Shown in pieces: positions 53,361 through 61,701 of a DNA stretch of 64,000 nt; positions within the stretch are counted from its first letter, which is position 1, and every line of letters starts with the position of its first letter. The DNA is from Candidatus Levybacteria bacterium RIFCSPHIGHO2_01_FULL_41_15. GTDB taxonomy: Bacteria; Patescibacteriota; Microgenomatia; Levybacterales; UBA12049. The stretch spans positions 545 through 64,544 of the forward strand of contig MFNV01000005.1 of the NCBI GenBank assembly GCA_001782165.1. The letters are read 5' to 3'. The notes under the pieces are model-generated. The model saw only the letters and a program-made list of their open reading frames with translations, made no database searches and was not told the origin of the DNA. The translations under genes and the position numbers were made by a program.

Positions 53361-54769
53361 TTTAGTCTTTCGCTTATTTTATACACGTCTCCTGCTCCCA
53401 TCGTAATAACAATAAACCTCTCATCAAACTCTTTTTTATCGATATATTCTACCACAGAAGAAAGTTTAGGAAAAAAGAGAACATTGTTATGAATAAGGCT
53501 GATTTTTTTAGAAAGCAAATCTGAGGAAATAGTTTTGTCAGGTTCTTCCCGGGAAGAAGGATATATATCAGTAAGTACAACATAATCAGCATCTGAAAAA
53601 GAACTGACAAATTCTGAAAAAAACGTTTTGGTTCGGGAATAAGTATGAGGCTGAAATATGCATACGATTCTTTTTCCCGGGTAACTCTGCCGCAGGGCCT
53701 TTAGGGTTTTTCTTATTTCTGTAGGATGATGGGCATAATCATCAAATAAAAGAGCGCCGGATTCCAATCTTCCCATAAACTCAAACCTCCTTTTTGACCC
53801 TTTATAGCTGCTAATTGCCTTTTTGATTTTTTCTGAAGAAAAACCAAGCTCAATACAGGAAGCTACAGCTCCTAATCCATTTAAGGCATTAAATTCTCCC
53901 ATAACTTTAAGAGAAAATTCCCCCAGAGAGGTTCCCTTAAAACTTGCCCAAAAATAAACTTCTTTTTCCCGTACATGTACCTTATCAATAACATAATCGT
54001 TTAAAGGGGAGAAGCCATAAGTAACCTTGTTTCCTGAAAATTCCTGAATAAGTTTTTTGTTTTGTGGGTCATCTCTAGATAAAACAAGCACTCGGTCTTT
54101 AGGAAGCTGGTCTGCAAAGGCCAAAAAATTATTTCTCAATTGATTCTGATCTTTATAAATATCAGGGTGGTCAAATTCTATGTTTGTAAAAACTGCAAGC
54201 TGAGGGTGCTGCCATAAAAACTTGGGAGTTTGATCAAACTCAGGATCAGTAGCATATTCATCTGCCTCTGAAACAAAAAAATTTCCTTTTCCAAAATGAC
54301 CAGGAAGCCCAAGAGAAGGAATACTGCCTGTACCTATAATATATGAGGGATCGGCTGAAAGTTCATTTAAAATTGTCGCAATCATTGCTGTAACCGTAGT
54401 CTTGCCGTGAGACCCGGCTACAGAAACTCCCAGAAACTTCCTTTCGAAAATCTCTCCCTTCATAAATTCTCCCACTGCCTGTCCCTGCGTCCATACTTCT
54501 ATACCTTTTTTTCTCGCCTTTATAACTTCTGCATTCTTAAACCCTCCATGTGCTCCTGTTGCTATAACAAGATCAGGATCCTGAATATTTTTTTCGGAAA
54601 ATCTCTCAAAAACCCGTATACCTGATTCCTCAAGAGCATCATCTGTTATAAAAACTTGCGGAATGTCCGATCCCGTAACTTCGAATCCTCCCTCTTTTGA
54701 GATTATCGCAAGGGGGGTCATACCAACTCCCTTAATTCCGACAAAATGGATTTTTTTAATTTTTTTCAT
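53348..54769 (-). CDS. murC: UDP-N-acetylmuramate--L-alanine ligase
   Basis: IHFVGIKGVGMTPLA is the MurC N-terminal Rossmann motif. GSHGKTTVTAMIA is the P-loop. C-terminus: ITMGAGDVYKI. Confidence 0.8.
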   Translation of the reverse strand: MKKIKKIHFVGIKGVGMTPLAIISKEGGFEVTGSDIPQVFITDDALEESGIRVFERFSEKNIQDPDLVIATGAHGGFKNAEVIKARKKGIEVWTQGQAVGEFMKGEIFERKFLGVSVAGSHGKTTVTAMIATILNELSADPSYIIGTGSIPSLGLPGHFGKGNFFVSEADEYATDPEFDQTPKFLWQHPQLAVFTNIEFDHPDIYKDQNQLRNNFLAFADQLPKDRVLVLSRDDPQNKKLIQEFSGNKVTYGFSPLNDYVIDKVHVREKEVYFWASFKGTSLGEFSLKVMGEFNALNGLGAVASCIELGFSSEKIKKAISSYKGSKRRFEFMGRLESGALLFDDYAHHPTEIRKTLKALRQSYPGKRIVCIFQPHTYSRTKTFFSEFVSSFSDADYVVLTDIYPSSREEPDKTISSDLLSKKISLIHNNVLFFPKLSSVVEYIDKKEFDERFIVITMGAGDVYKISERLKTKD

Positions 54770-56048
54770 CTAATCTTGCCTCTATGGCTTTTTTTACTGC
54801 TTTATATTCATCCCAAGGCTCTTCTCCGCGTCCATAGTTCATTGACTTCTCATGGGCCTTTCCGGTAATTATTACCAAATCTCCTTTCTTTGTCATTGCA
54901 ATTGCTGTATTGATTGCCTCTTGTCTATCTGGAATTTTGATTAATGTTTTATTCTGTATTCTGTATTCTGAATTCTGAATTCCAGAAGTTATGTCATTCA
55001 TAATGTTTTCAATGTTTTCCGATCGGGGATCTTCTGCGGTAACTATAACAATATCGCTAAGTCGACTTGAAATTTTACCCATCTTGGGTCTTTTCAATTT
55101 ATCTCTTTCCCCTGCGCAGCCGAATACATGAATAATCCTTCCTCTTATCTGCCCCCTTAAATAACTTAAGACTTGTTTAAACGAGTTTGGTGTATGCGCA
55201 AAATCTATCATAACCCTAAAACCTTTGTTATATACAAGATCCTGTCTTCCCAGAGGCGGTTCAAAAGATTCAACAGCCCTTTTTATAAGACTGTCTTTTA
55301 TCCCGAGTAATTTTGAAACTGTAACAGAGGCAAGTATGTTGTACCTGTTAAACTGACCTGCAATCTGGGACTCCATTTGAAAATTTTCCGGATTAACATC
55401 CGAGGCTTTTGACATTCCGTAAGTCACAGTCCTTCGAAATCCTGAAGCAGTTTTTTTAAGCTCCGATTTGACTAATGGGTAAGATTGATCATCTTTATTA
55501 ACCACGGCATTTGTAGAATTTCTAAGAAGTTTAAGTTTTGCCAAAACATAATTCTCGTAGGTCTTGTGATAATCAAGATGTTCCCATGTTACATTTGTTA
55601 TTACTCCGATATCAAAACTTATTCCAAAAACTCTGAATTGATCAAGAGAATGGGAAGTTACCTCCAAAACCAAGTATTTTTTCTTTCCTTTATTTTTCCC
55701 ATTTGCCCTGCCTGCCGCCCGCCTGCTCGCCCCGGTTCGTCGAAGCGGGCCGGACGGGAAGGGCAGGCAGGCCATTTTAATAAATTTCTGAAGAGCAAAA
55801 GGAGAAGGAGTTGTAACATGGAAAGGAAGAGGGTAGTTTTTTCCGTTTATCGAAGCTCCCACAGAGGAAATCATAGAAACATCTTTCCCACTGGTTCTAA
55901 GAATATGATAAATCAGAGAAACCGTAGTTGTTTTCCCATCGGTTCCGGTTACTCCGATAGCAGTCAGGTTTCTTGAGGGAAAACCATACCGTATATTGGC
56001 CGCAATTGCCATAATAAGATGATACAAATTCTTTATTCTTTGCCACAT
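54756..56048 (-). CDS. murE: Mur ligase family protein, MurE-like, lacking the usual N-terminal domain
   Basis: IGVTGTDGKTTT is the P-loop. LEVTSHSLDQ matches the MurE EVSSH motif. C-terminus ITGKAHE is the GKGHE motif. Only ~30 aa precede the P-loop. The gene contains an in-frame GC-rich insertion (element A). Confidence 0.6.
   Translation of the reverse strand: MWQRIKNLYHLIMAIAANIRYGFPSRNLTAIGVTGTDGKTTTVSLIYHILRTSGKDVSMISSVGASINGKNYPLPFHVTTPSPFALQKFIKMACLPFPSGPLRRTGASRRAAGRANGKNKGKKKYLVLEVTSHSLDQFRVFGISFDIGVITNVTWEHLDYHKTYENYVLAKLKLLRNSTNAVVNKDDQSYPLVKSELKKTASGFRRTVTYGMSKASDVNPENFQMESQIAGQFNRYNILASVTVSKLLGIKDSLIKRAVESFEPPLGRQDLVYNKGFRVMIDFAHTPNSFKQVLSYLRGQIRGRIIHVFGCAGERDKLKRPKMGKISSRLSDIVIVTAEDPRSENIENIMNDITSGIQNSEYRIQNKTLIKIPDRQEAINTAIAMTKKGDLVIITGKAHEKSMNYGRGEEPWDEYKAVKKAIEARLDEKN
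55699..55778. repeat. GC-rich palindromic mini-element, copy A, inserted in frame inside the murE-like gene
   Basis: ccatttGCCCTGCCTGCCGCCCGCCTGCTCGCCCCGGTTCGTCGAAGCGGGCCGGACGGGAAGGGCAGGCAGGCCatttt. It is about 80% GC in a ~30% GC gene. Terminal inverted repeats are CCTGCCTGCC and GGCAGGCAGG. It is flanked by a CCATTT direct repeat. It translates as ...SGPLRRTGASRRAAGRANGK... Confidence 0.7.
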
Positions 56049-56082
56049 AGGTTCGTATTATACCTTTTTTTTGTATTCTTAT

Positions 56083-57765
56083 CTATTCACCGGAGGGAGA
56101 AATACCATAATACAGAAGAAGATCCCTTGCGATATCAAAAAAAACTGGAGCTGCTGTTTCGGATCCGTAAATAGAAGTCGTCGGTTTATCTAATATTACA
56201 ATCAGTGCAAATTTTGGATTATCGGCGGGAGCAAAACCGATGAAAGATGCAATAGTTTTGTGGGGATCATAGTGTCCTTCAATAGGTATTGAGGCAGTTC
56301 CCGTTTTGCCCGCAATTCTATAACCTTTAAGTCTTGTCCAGGATGCCTCGCCTTTGTTAACTGCGTTGACTAATATTTCGGTCATAATCTTTGCTGTCTG
56401 TGAAGATACTGTTCTTCCCAGTGTCTTCAGAGGAATTTTTGCACCCTCACCATCGGGAGACTGAACTCTGGCAACCACATGCGGCTCCATTCTCACTCCC
56501 TTATTGGCAACTGCAGAGAAAGCGCCAAGAAGCTGAATTGCCGTAACACTAATCCCTTGACCAAAACCTTTAGTAGCAAGATCAACCGGATACCATAAAT
56601 TTTCTTCAGGAAGAGGTTTTGAAACTTCTCCCTGAAGATCTATCCCGGTCGGTTCTCCAATTCCAAATTTTCCTAAATACTTTATCATATTATCTGTCCC
56701 AAGCCTTTGAGCTACATATACCATTCCGACATTATCAGAGTACCTTATTATATCAACCATATTGATATCCTCATGGTATTTGTTGTTCCATGTATGGATC
56801 TCATAGCCTCCAATAGAAACTGGCCCACCACATATAAGGCACTTCATTGAGGGTGTAACAAGTTTTAAATCTAAGGCCGAGGACATGACAACGGGCTTGA
56901 AGGTAGATCCAGGCTCGTACAAACTTGATATAAAAGGATTCTTATATAGTTCGGGTTCAAAATCCTTGTAATTATCTGGCGAATAAGATGGAAAAGAAGA
57001 TATGGCAAGAATATTTCCGGTTGACGGTTCCATCACTCCTGCCATTCCGCCTGAAGCTCCGTAGAATTCAATTGCCTTCTTTAATTTTTCCTCAACTATA
57101 AACTGAATGGTTCTATTTATATTTAAGACAAGCGTGCTTCCTTTTGTATTCTCGGTATCTTTATTTACCCTAGAAAGAATAGGCCTTCCCAGAGCGTCAA
57201 TCACCTCAACCGTTATTTCTTCCTTGCCGCGCAATAATCTGTCATAATATCCTTCGAGACCAAAATATCCTTGATCTTCTCCAGTCTCGGTTTTCCCTAC
57301 AAAACCCAAAAGATGCGAAGACAACGAGGCCTCCGGATAATATCTTTCAAATCTTTTCTCAAATCCAAGCCCAGGAATTTTTAGCTTTTCAATTTCTCTT
57401 TTTTTCTCAGGATCAACGCCGCTCTTTAAAGGAACCCAGAATTTATCAAGAGATAGCTGCGAGCTCACCGAAGCGTGGGAAATTTGAAGTTTTGAAGATA
57501 AAATTTCTGAAATTTTTTCTCTGTCTTTTATTTCTTTTGGATTTGCATATACGAGGTAGGAAATTTTATTCGTTGCGACAGGGAAGCCGTCGGATGTTTT
57601 TATCTCTCCCCTTTCAGGTAAATTCTTAATCACACTTGCGTATTGAGATTTTCCAAGAAGAGAAAGTTCCTGACCTTTTACTGCCTGCCAGTAAAAAAGC
57701 CTTGCAATTATTGCAGCAAAAAACAGAATTACAATTAATAAAATCAGACGATATCTCCATATCAT
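56083..57765 (-). CDS. ftsI: Penicillin-binding protein 2B/FtsI-type transpeptidase
   Basis: STFKP is the SxxK motif. YSDN is the SxN motif. KTGTA is the KTG motif. N-terminal TM plus a dimerisation domain. Confidence 0.85.
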   Translation of the reverse strand: MIWRYRLILLIVILFFAAIIARLFYWQAVKGQELSLLGKSQYASVIKNLPERGEIKTSDGFPVATNKISYLVYANPKEIKDREKISEILSSKLQISHASVSSQLSLDKFWVPLKSGVDPEKKREIEKLKIPGLGFEKRFERYYPEASLSSHLLGFVGKTETGEDQGYFGLEGYYDRLLRGKEEITVEVIDALGRPILSRVNKDTENTKGSTLVLNINRTIQFIVEEKLKKAIEFYGASGGMAGVMEPSTGNILAISSFPSYSPDNYKDFEPELYKNPFISSLYEPGSTFKPVVMSSALDLKLVTPSMKCLICGGPVSIGGYEIHTWNNKYHEDINMVDIIRYSDNVGMVYVAQRLGTDNMIKYLGKFGIGEPTGIDLQGEVSKPLPEENLWYPVDLATKGFGQGISVTAIQLLGAFSAVANKGVRMEPHVVARVQSPDGEGAKIPLKTLGRTVSSQTAKIMTEILVNAVNKGEASWTRLKGYRIAGKTGTASIPIEGHYDPHKTIASFIGFAPADNPKFALIVILDKPTTSIYGSETAAPVFFDIARDLLLYYGISPSGE

Positions 57766-57808
57766 ACATTCGATAAACTCAATATGATCCTGAGCTTACG
57801 TCGAAGGG

Positions 57809-58093
57809 TCATTGTTTAATTGCAAGGGGAATAGGCTTGTTAAAAGTGAAATTTCCTTTCCCTTCAACAAAACCCAAGAGCGAGGCTTGCGAGGAAATAT
57901 AATTTAAAGAAGAAAGTTTAAGAAGTTCTTTCTTAAGTCTTGAGTTTTCCAATCGAACAGAATCAAGTTCAGTTTGAATTTTACCAAGCTTAAGCCCTGC
58001 AATTGAGAGATTATTTAAGACAGCAGTCCTTGTCACGATAAGCCCCATGACTGATAAAATTATTAACGCTATAAGAATTTGATGTTTTTTCAT
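57809..58093 (-). CDS. ftsL: Cell division protein FtsL-like (single-TM, coiled coil)
   Basis: 94 aa with an N-terminal TM and a leucine-zipper-like segment. It sits between rsmH and ftsI. Confidence 0.55.
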   Translation of the reverse strand: MKKHQILIALIILSVMGLIVTRTAVLNNLSIAGLKLGKIQTELDSVRLENSRLKKELLKLSSLNYISSQASLLGFVEGKGNFTFNKPIPLAIKQ

Positions 58094-58095
58094 AG

Positions 58096-58992
58096 TTATA
58101 ACCTTTCAAAAACTCTAAGCTTAGCACTTCTACTTCTTTTATTTTGTTTTACTTCTTCAAACGTAGGCAAAACAGGTTTTTTGGTTATTATTCTTCCCAT
58201 ATTTTTATTTTCAAAATCTTCAAAACTGTCTTTTACAATTCTGTCCTCCAAGGAATGAAAACTTATTACTTCAAGTCTTCCCCCTTTTTTTAAAAGTCTT
58301 AAGGTTTTGGGAAGAGCTCCCTTAAGATTGTTTAATTCATCATTTACAGCAATTCTTAAGGCCTGAAAAACTCTTTTGCCTATAAGCGCCCTCTTAAAGG
58401 CAGACAACCTCTGATTTTTGCCGGATAATTCCTCCAATGTCTTCATTAAATCATCGGTCGTCTCGATTCTCTTTATTCTACGGGCCCTGACAATACGACC
58501 AGAAACGACCCGAGCAAAACGCTCCTGACCCAATTTAGAAAATAATTCATAAAGTTCATTTTTTGATAAAACACTTATTAGATCTGCTGCTTTAACTGAC
58601 AGGGATTTTCCCATCCTCATATCAAGCGGACCTTTTTTTTGATAACTAAAACCCCTTTGTGATTGATCTATCTGAAAACTTGAAACTCCAAGATCAAATA
58701 TTATTCCCGAAACTTTGTCAAAATTATTTAAATGTGCAATTCTGTCAATGTCCTTAAAATTTCCGAGAACAGGTACTAATTTAAAATTAAAAATTTCAAA
58801 TTTAAAATTTTCTTTGATAAACCGTATTGCTTCTTCATCTATATCTATTCCCAAAACTCTTCCGCCCAACTTGAGTATTTCCTTTGTATGCCCTCCTCCG
58901 CCAAGCGTCGCATCTATATACTTCTTTCCTTTTCCAACATTAAGAAACTCTAAGATCTCTTTTAAAAGAACAGGCGTATGGAATCGATTCAT
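58096..58992 (-). CDS. rsmH: 16S rRNA (cytosine1402-N4)-methyltransferase RsmH/MraW
   Basis: HTPVLLKEILEFL...YIDATLGGGGHT is the canonical RsmH N-terminus. Confidence 0.9.
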   Translation of the reverse strand: MNRFHTPVLLKEILEFLNVGKGKKYIDATLGGGGHTKEILKLGGRVLGIDIDEEAIRFIKENFKFEIFNFKLVPVLGNFKDIDRIAHLNNFDKVSGIIFDLGVSSFQIDQSQRGFSYQKKGPLDMRMGKSLSVKAADLISVLSKNELYELFSKLGQERFARVVSGRIVRARRIKRIETTDDLMKTLEELSGKNQRLSAFKRALIGKRVFQALRIAVNDELNNLKGALPKTLRLLKKGGRLEVISFHSLEDRIVKDSFEDFENKNMGRIITKKPVLPTFEEVKQNKRSRSAKLRVFERL

Positions 58993-58994
58993 TG

Positions 58995-59068
58995 CCCTTA
59001 CTCTTTCTTCCCTGCCTTGTCGGCAGGCAGGCCTGCCTTGCTCGACTCGCTGCGAAGTGGGCCCAAAG
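58995..59068. repeat. GC-rich palindromic mini-element, copy B, forming the 3' end of mraZ
   Basis: CCCTGCCTTGTCGGCAGGCAGGCCTGCCTTGCTCGACTCGCTGCGAAGTGGGCC shares the GGCAGGCAGGCC and CTGCTCG..CG..GCGAAG.GGGCC blocks with copy A. It encodes the MraZ tail ...SLGPLRSESSKAGLPADKAGKKE. Confidence 0.65.
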
Positions 59069-59501
59069 AATGGTCATCTTTTTCAATAAGTCTTTGTGAT
59101 ATTCTGTCAATATTCTTCTCAAGATTCTCTCTATATTCAATCCATCTCTTTTTATCCCAAATCTCAACGTATCGCGAAAGCCCTAGGAATATAATCTCGT
59201 CTTCAATTTTTGCAAATTCTCGTAGGTAAGAAGGTATAACAAACCTTCCTTTATTATCGAGCGCAACATTGCTTGCTCCTCCGAGGAGAAATCGCTGGGT
59301 TTCCCGTGTTTCCGACTGGATAAAGGGTTTACCCTCTGTTCCTTCCAGAAGCTGCTTCCAGTTTTTTTCCGATACGACAATGAGCGAGTTTTCATACCCT
59401 AAAGTTATAATTAGCTTGTCACCTAAGACTTCCCTAAATTTTTTAGGGAAGGCGATTCTGTTTTTTGCGCCGATTCTACCTTCGTATTGACCGATAAGCA
59501 T
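58998..59501 (-). CDS. mraZ: Transcriptional regulator MraZ
   Basis: MLIGQYEGRIGAKNRIAFPKKFRE is the first SpoVT/AbrB-like repeat. NVALDNKGRFVIPSYLRE is the second. First gene of the dcw operon. Confidence 0.85.
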   Translation of the reverse strand: MLIGQYEGRIGAKNRIAFPKKFREVLGDKLIITLGYENSLIVVSEKNWKQLLEGTEGKPFIQSETRETQRFLLGGASNVALDNKGRFVIPSYLREFAKIEDEIIFLGLSRYVEIWDKKRWIEYRENLEKNIDRISQRLIEKDDHSLGPLRSESSKAGLPADKAGKKE

Positions 59502-59544
59502 ATTCCTGCCCCCTTTGTTAATATTGATTTAGCTTGCACTGAGC

Positions 59545-59585
59545 AAAGCGAAGTGTCCCACTTTGTTCCACTTTTTCCCACTTTA
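59545..59585 (-). promoter_or_regulatory. MraZ operator: three to four direct GTGGG/GTGGA repeats at 10-bp phasing upstream of mraZ
   Basis: On the minus strand: AAAGTGGGA-N4-GTGGAA-N4-GTGGGA (plus-strand CCCAC/TCCAC at 59548, 59558 and 59568; a degenerate CCAT at 59578). It lies 45-85 nt upstream of the mraZ ATG. Confidence 0.6.
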
Positions 59586-59695
59586 TTCCATTTTGAGACT
59601 TTTCCAAAGGTCTGTCAAGGGGTAAAATAACCAAAATAGTGTAGATTCACAGTCTAAAACACAATATATAGGAGGAACTTGGGGAAATTATACAG

Positions 59696-60151
59696 TTACT
59701 CTTCTAAAGCCTTCTCTACTTGATAAACCTTGCCGTCTATTTTCGTAACCTTAATAATTATTTTTATATCGCTTACATCCTCATCGTAATGACAAACATC
59801 AGAACAAGTACCAAGAACTATTTCTTTTTTAATAGATCTTCCTTTTGCCTCAACCATACCTATTACACCCCTTGGGATATCACCTTCAGAGGTGTAAGAA
59901 AGCTGATATTCAACTTCCTCTATGTCTTCAATTTTTGATATTTCCATTATCACCCTTCTGCCATCCTCCCCCATTGCAATAGAAAGGCCAATTTCATCAG
60001 AGGAAAGCTTGGGAATTTCCTGCTGTTCTCCTGCGGCAGTATTCTCGGGTTTTACTTGTTTTTTAGAAACAAGAAAAAAAATCCCGCCAAGAATGACAAG
60101 AACCAAAATTAAAGCTCCAATCACTATCTTTTTGTCTTTTAAAAAATCCAT
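59696..60151 (-). CDS. Hypothetical signal-anchored protein
   Basis: N-terminal TM (IVIGALILVLVILGGIFFLV) plus a soluble domain. Confidence 0.3.
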   Translation of the reverse strand: MDFLKDKKIVIGALILVLVILGGIFFLVSKKQVKPENTAAGEQQEIPKLSSDEIGLSIAMGEDGRRVIMEISKIEDIEEVEYQLSYTSEGDIPRGVIGMVEAKGRSIKKEIVLGTCSDVCHYDEDVSDIKIIIKVTKIDGKVYQVEKALEE

Positions 60152-60171
60152 ATTATTATTTATACAGATAA

Positions 60172-61698
60172 TTAAGTGGGTGTCAACTGTCTTGCTGTAT
60201 ATATTAAATCTTTTTGCTCTCCCATTCCATCTATAGGGTGTTCTCTAGCCAGACAATTTATGCAGAATTCATTTCTTTTTCCGCCTATAGCTCTTATTAA
60301 TCCCTCAAGGCTTAAGAAATGAATACTATTAGCCCCTATCTCAGTTGCCATTTCTTCATCAGGTTTCACGTCATAATCCTGTCCGCCATTCTTTCTTAGG
60401 GCTTTAAGCTCCATTAGGGTTGCTATATCTACTCCCAAGTCGCATACGTTGATAAATTTAGGGGATGCAGAAACAACATAAACTTCTAAGGCGCCTCTTT
60501 CCAAAAGACTCTTTACAAGTTTTTCTGTCGTTTTTCCTCGAATAACAGAATCGTCAACAATTACAAGCCTTTTCCCGACCACATCATCGGATATCGTGAA
60601 TTTTAACTCTAAAGTTTTATCTCTCCTGTGACTTGAGTCACTTATAAAGGACCTTCCTGGTCTGTAACGGTCTTTTTTAATTAAATTATCCGTAGTTCTT
60701 CCAAGCGCCCTTGCGTATCCCTCTGCTATCTCTATTCCTGAATCGGGGACACCTATGATTACATAGTCCGGAGGAAATTGGATCTCGGAAGCCAATTCTT
60801 CGCCCATTCTTTCACGTATTGACCTCACCTGTCTTTCTCCTTCAAGTGAATAGGGGTGTTTAAGATAAATTGGCTCCACTAAACAACGAGCAGTATTAGT
60901 TTGGGGAAAAATTTGATCAACGGAAATCTCTCCGTTTCTTCTTATATGAACCAATTGACCAGCTCCTACTTCTTTTTTTTCTTCTACCCCTGCTATGTAT
61001 TCCAGTCCTCTGCTTTCAGAAACCAAAACCGCTACGCTTTGTGTTCTTGCCAAAACTAAAGGACGAATTCCAAGCGGATCTTTAACTCCAAACAAATCGC
61101 CATCATCTGTTGCAATAACAAATGAGTAGGCCCCTACCACTCCGTTTAATCCATTAATAACTTTTTCCCGCCATGAGTCACCATCTGCGAAAAGTATTCT
61201 CCAGGCGACTATTTCGCTGTCGGTGTCTGATTGAAAAGGAATACCGGGTGGCAACTCACTTCTTAAACTCTCTAAATATCTTTCCGGGATATTACCGTTA
61301 TGAGCAAGTGCTAAAGAATTTCTATCGTGACTTACTACGTAGGGCTGAAGACATCTTCTTTTCCTATCAGGGTCTTCGTCTTTTCTTCCGGATGTTGCAT
61401 ATCTATTATGACCAATCGCAACTGAACCAGAAATTTCATGCTCTTCTAGCTTTCCGTCGGGAAAAGCTCCCTCTAGAACCAAACCCAGGCCTTTGAAGAC
61501 CCTGAAGGTACCTGAATATCCGTCATACGCAGCAATTCCTGAACCATCTTCACCGCGATTTTGCTGAGCATGTAAGGCAAATCTTACTAGAGAAGCTACA
61601 TCCTGAAAGTCAGAAGATCTTATTCCAACAACAGCACAATGATCTCGAGGTTTATCTAGTTCTTTAGATTCGGAGTGATTAATTACTTTCTCGTGCAT
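60172..61698 (-). CDS. purF: Amidophosphoribosyltransferase-like protein (class II glutamine amidotransferase plus PRTase domain)
   Basis: The Cys nucleophile sits in DHCAVVGI after a propeptide. GHNRYATSG is the Ntn-GATase core. VIVDDSVIRGKTTEKL is the PRPP-binding PRTase motif. Confidence 0.7.
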   Translation of the reverse strand: MHEKVINHSESKELDKPRDHCAVVGIRSSDFQDVASLVRFALHAQQNRGEDGSGIAAYDGYSGTFRVFKGLGLVLEGAFPDGKLEEHEISGSVAIGHNRYATSGRKDEDPDRKRRCLQPYVVSHDRNSLALAHNGNIPERYLESLRSELPPGIPFQSDTDSEIVAWRILFADGDSWREKVINGLNGVVGAYSFVIATDDGDLFGVKDPLGIRPLVLARTQSVAVLVSESRGLEYIAGVEEKKEVGAGQLVHIRRNGEISVDQIFPQTNTARCLVEPIYLKHPYSLEGERQVRSIRERMGEELASEIQFPPDYVIIGVPDSGIEIAEGYARALGRTTDNLIKKDRYRPGRSFISDSSHRRDKTLELKFTISDDVVGKRLVIVDDSVIRGKTTEKLVKSLLERGALEVYVVSASPKFINVCDLGVDIATLMELKALRKNGGQDYDVKPDEEMATEIGANSIHFLSLEGLIRAIGGKRNEFCINCLAREHPIDGMGEQKDLIYTARQLTPT

Positions 61699-61701
61699 CC
61701 G

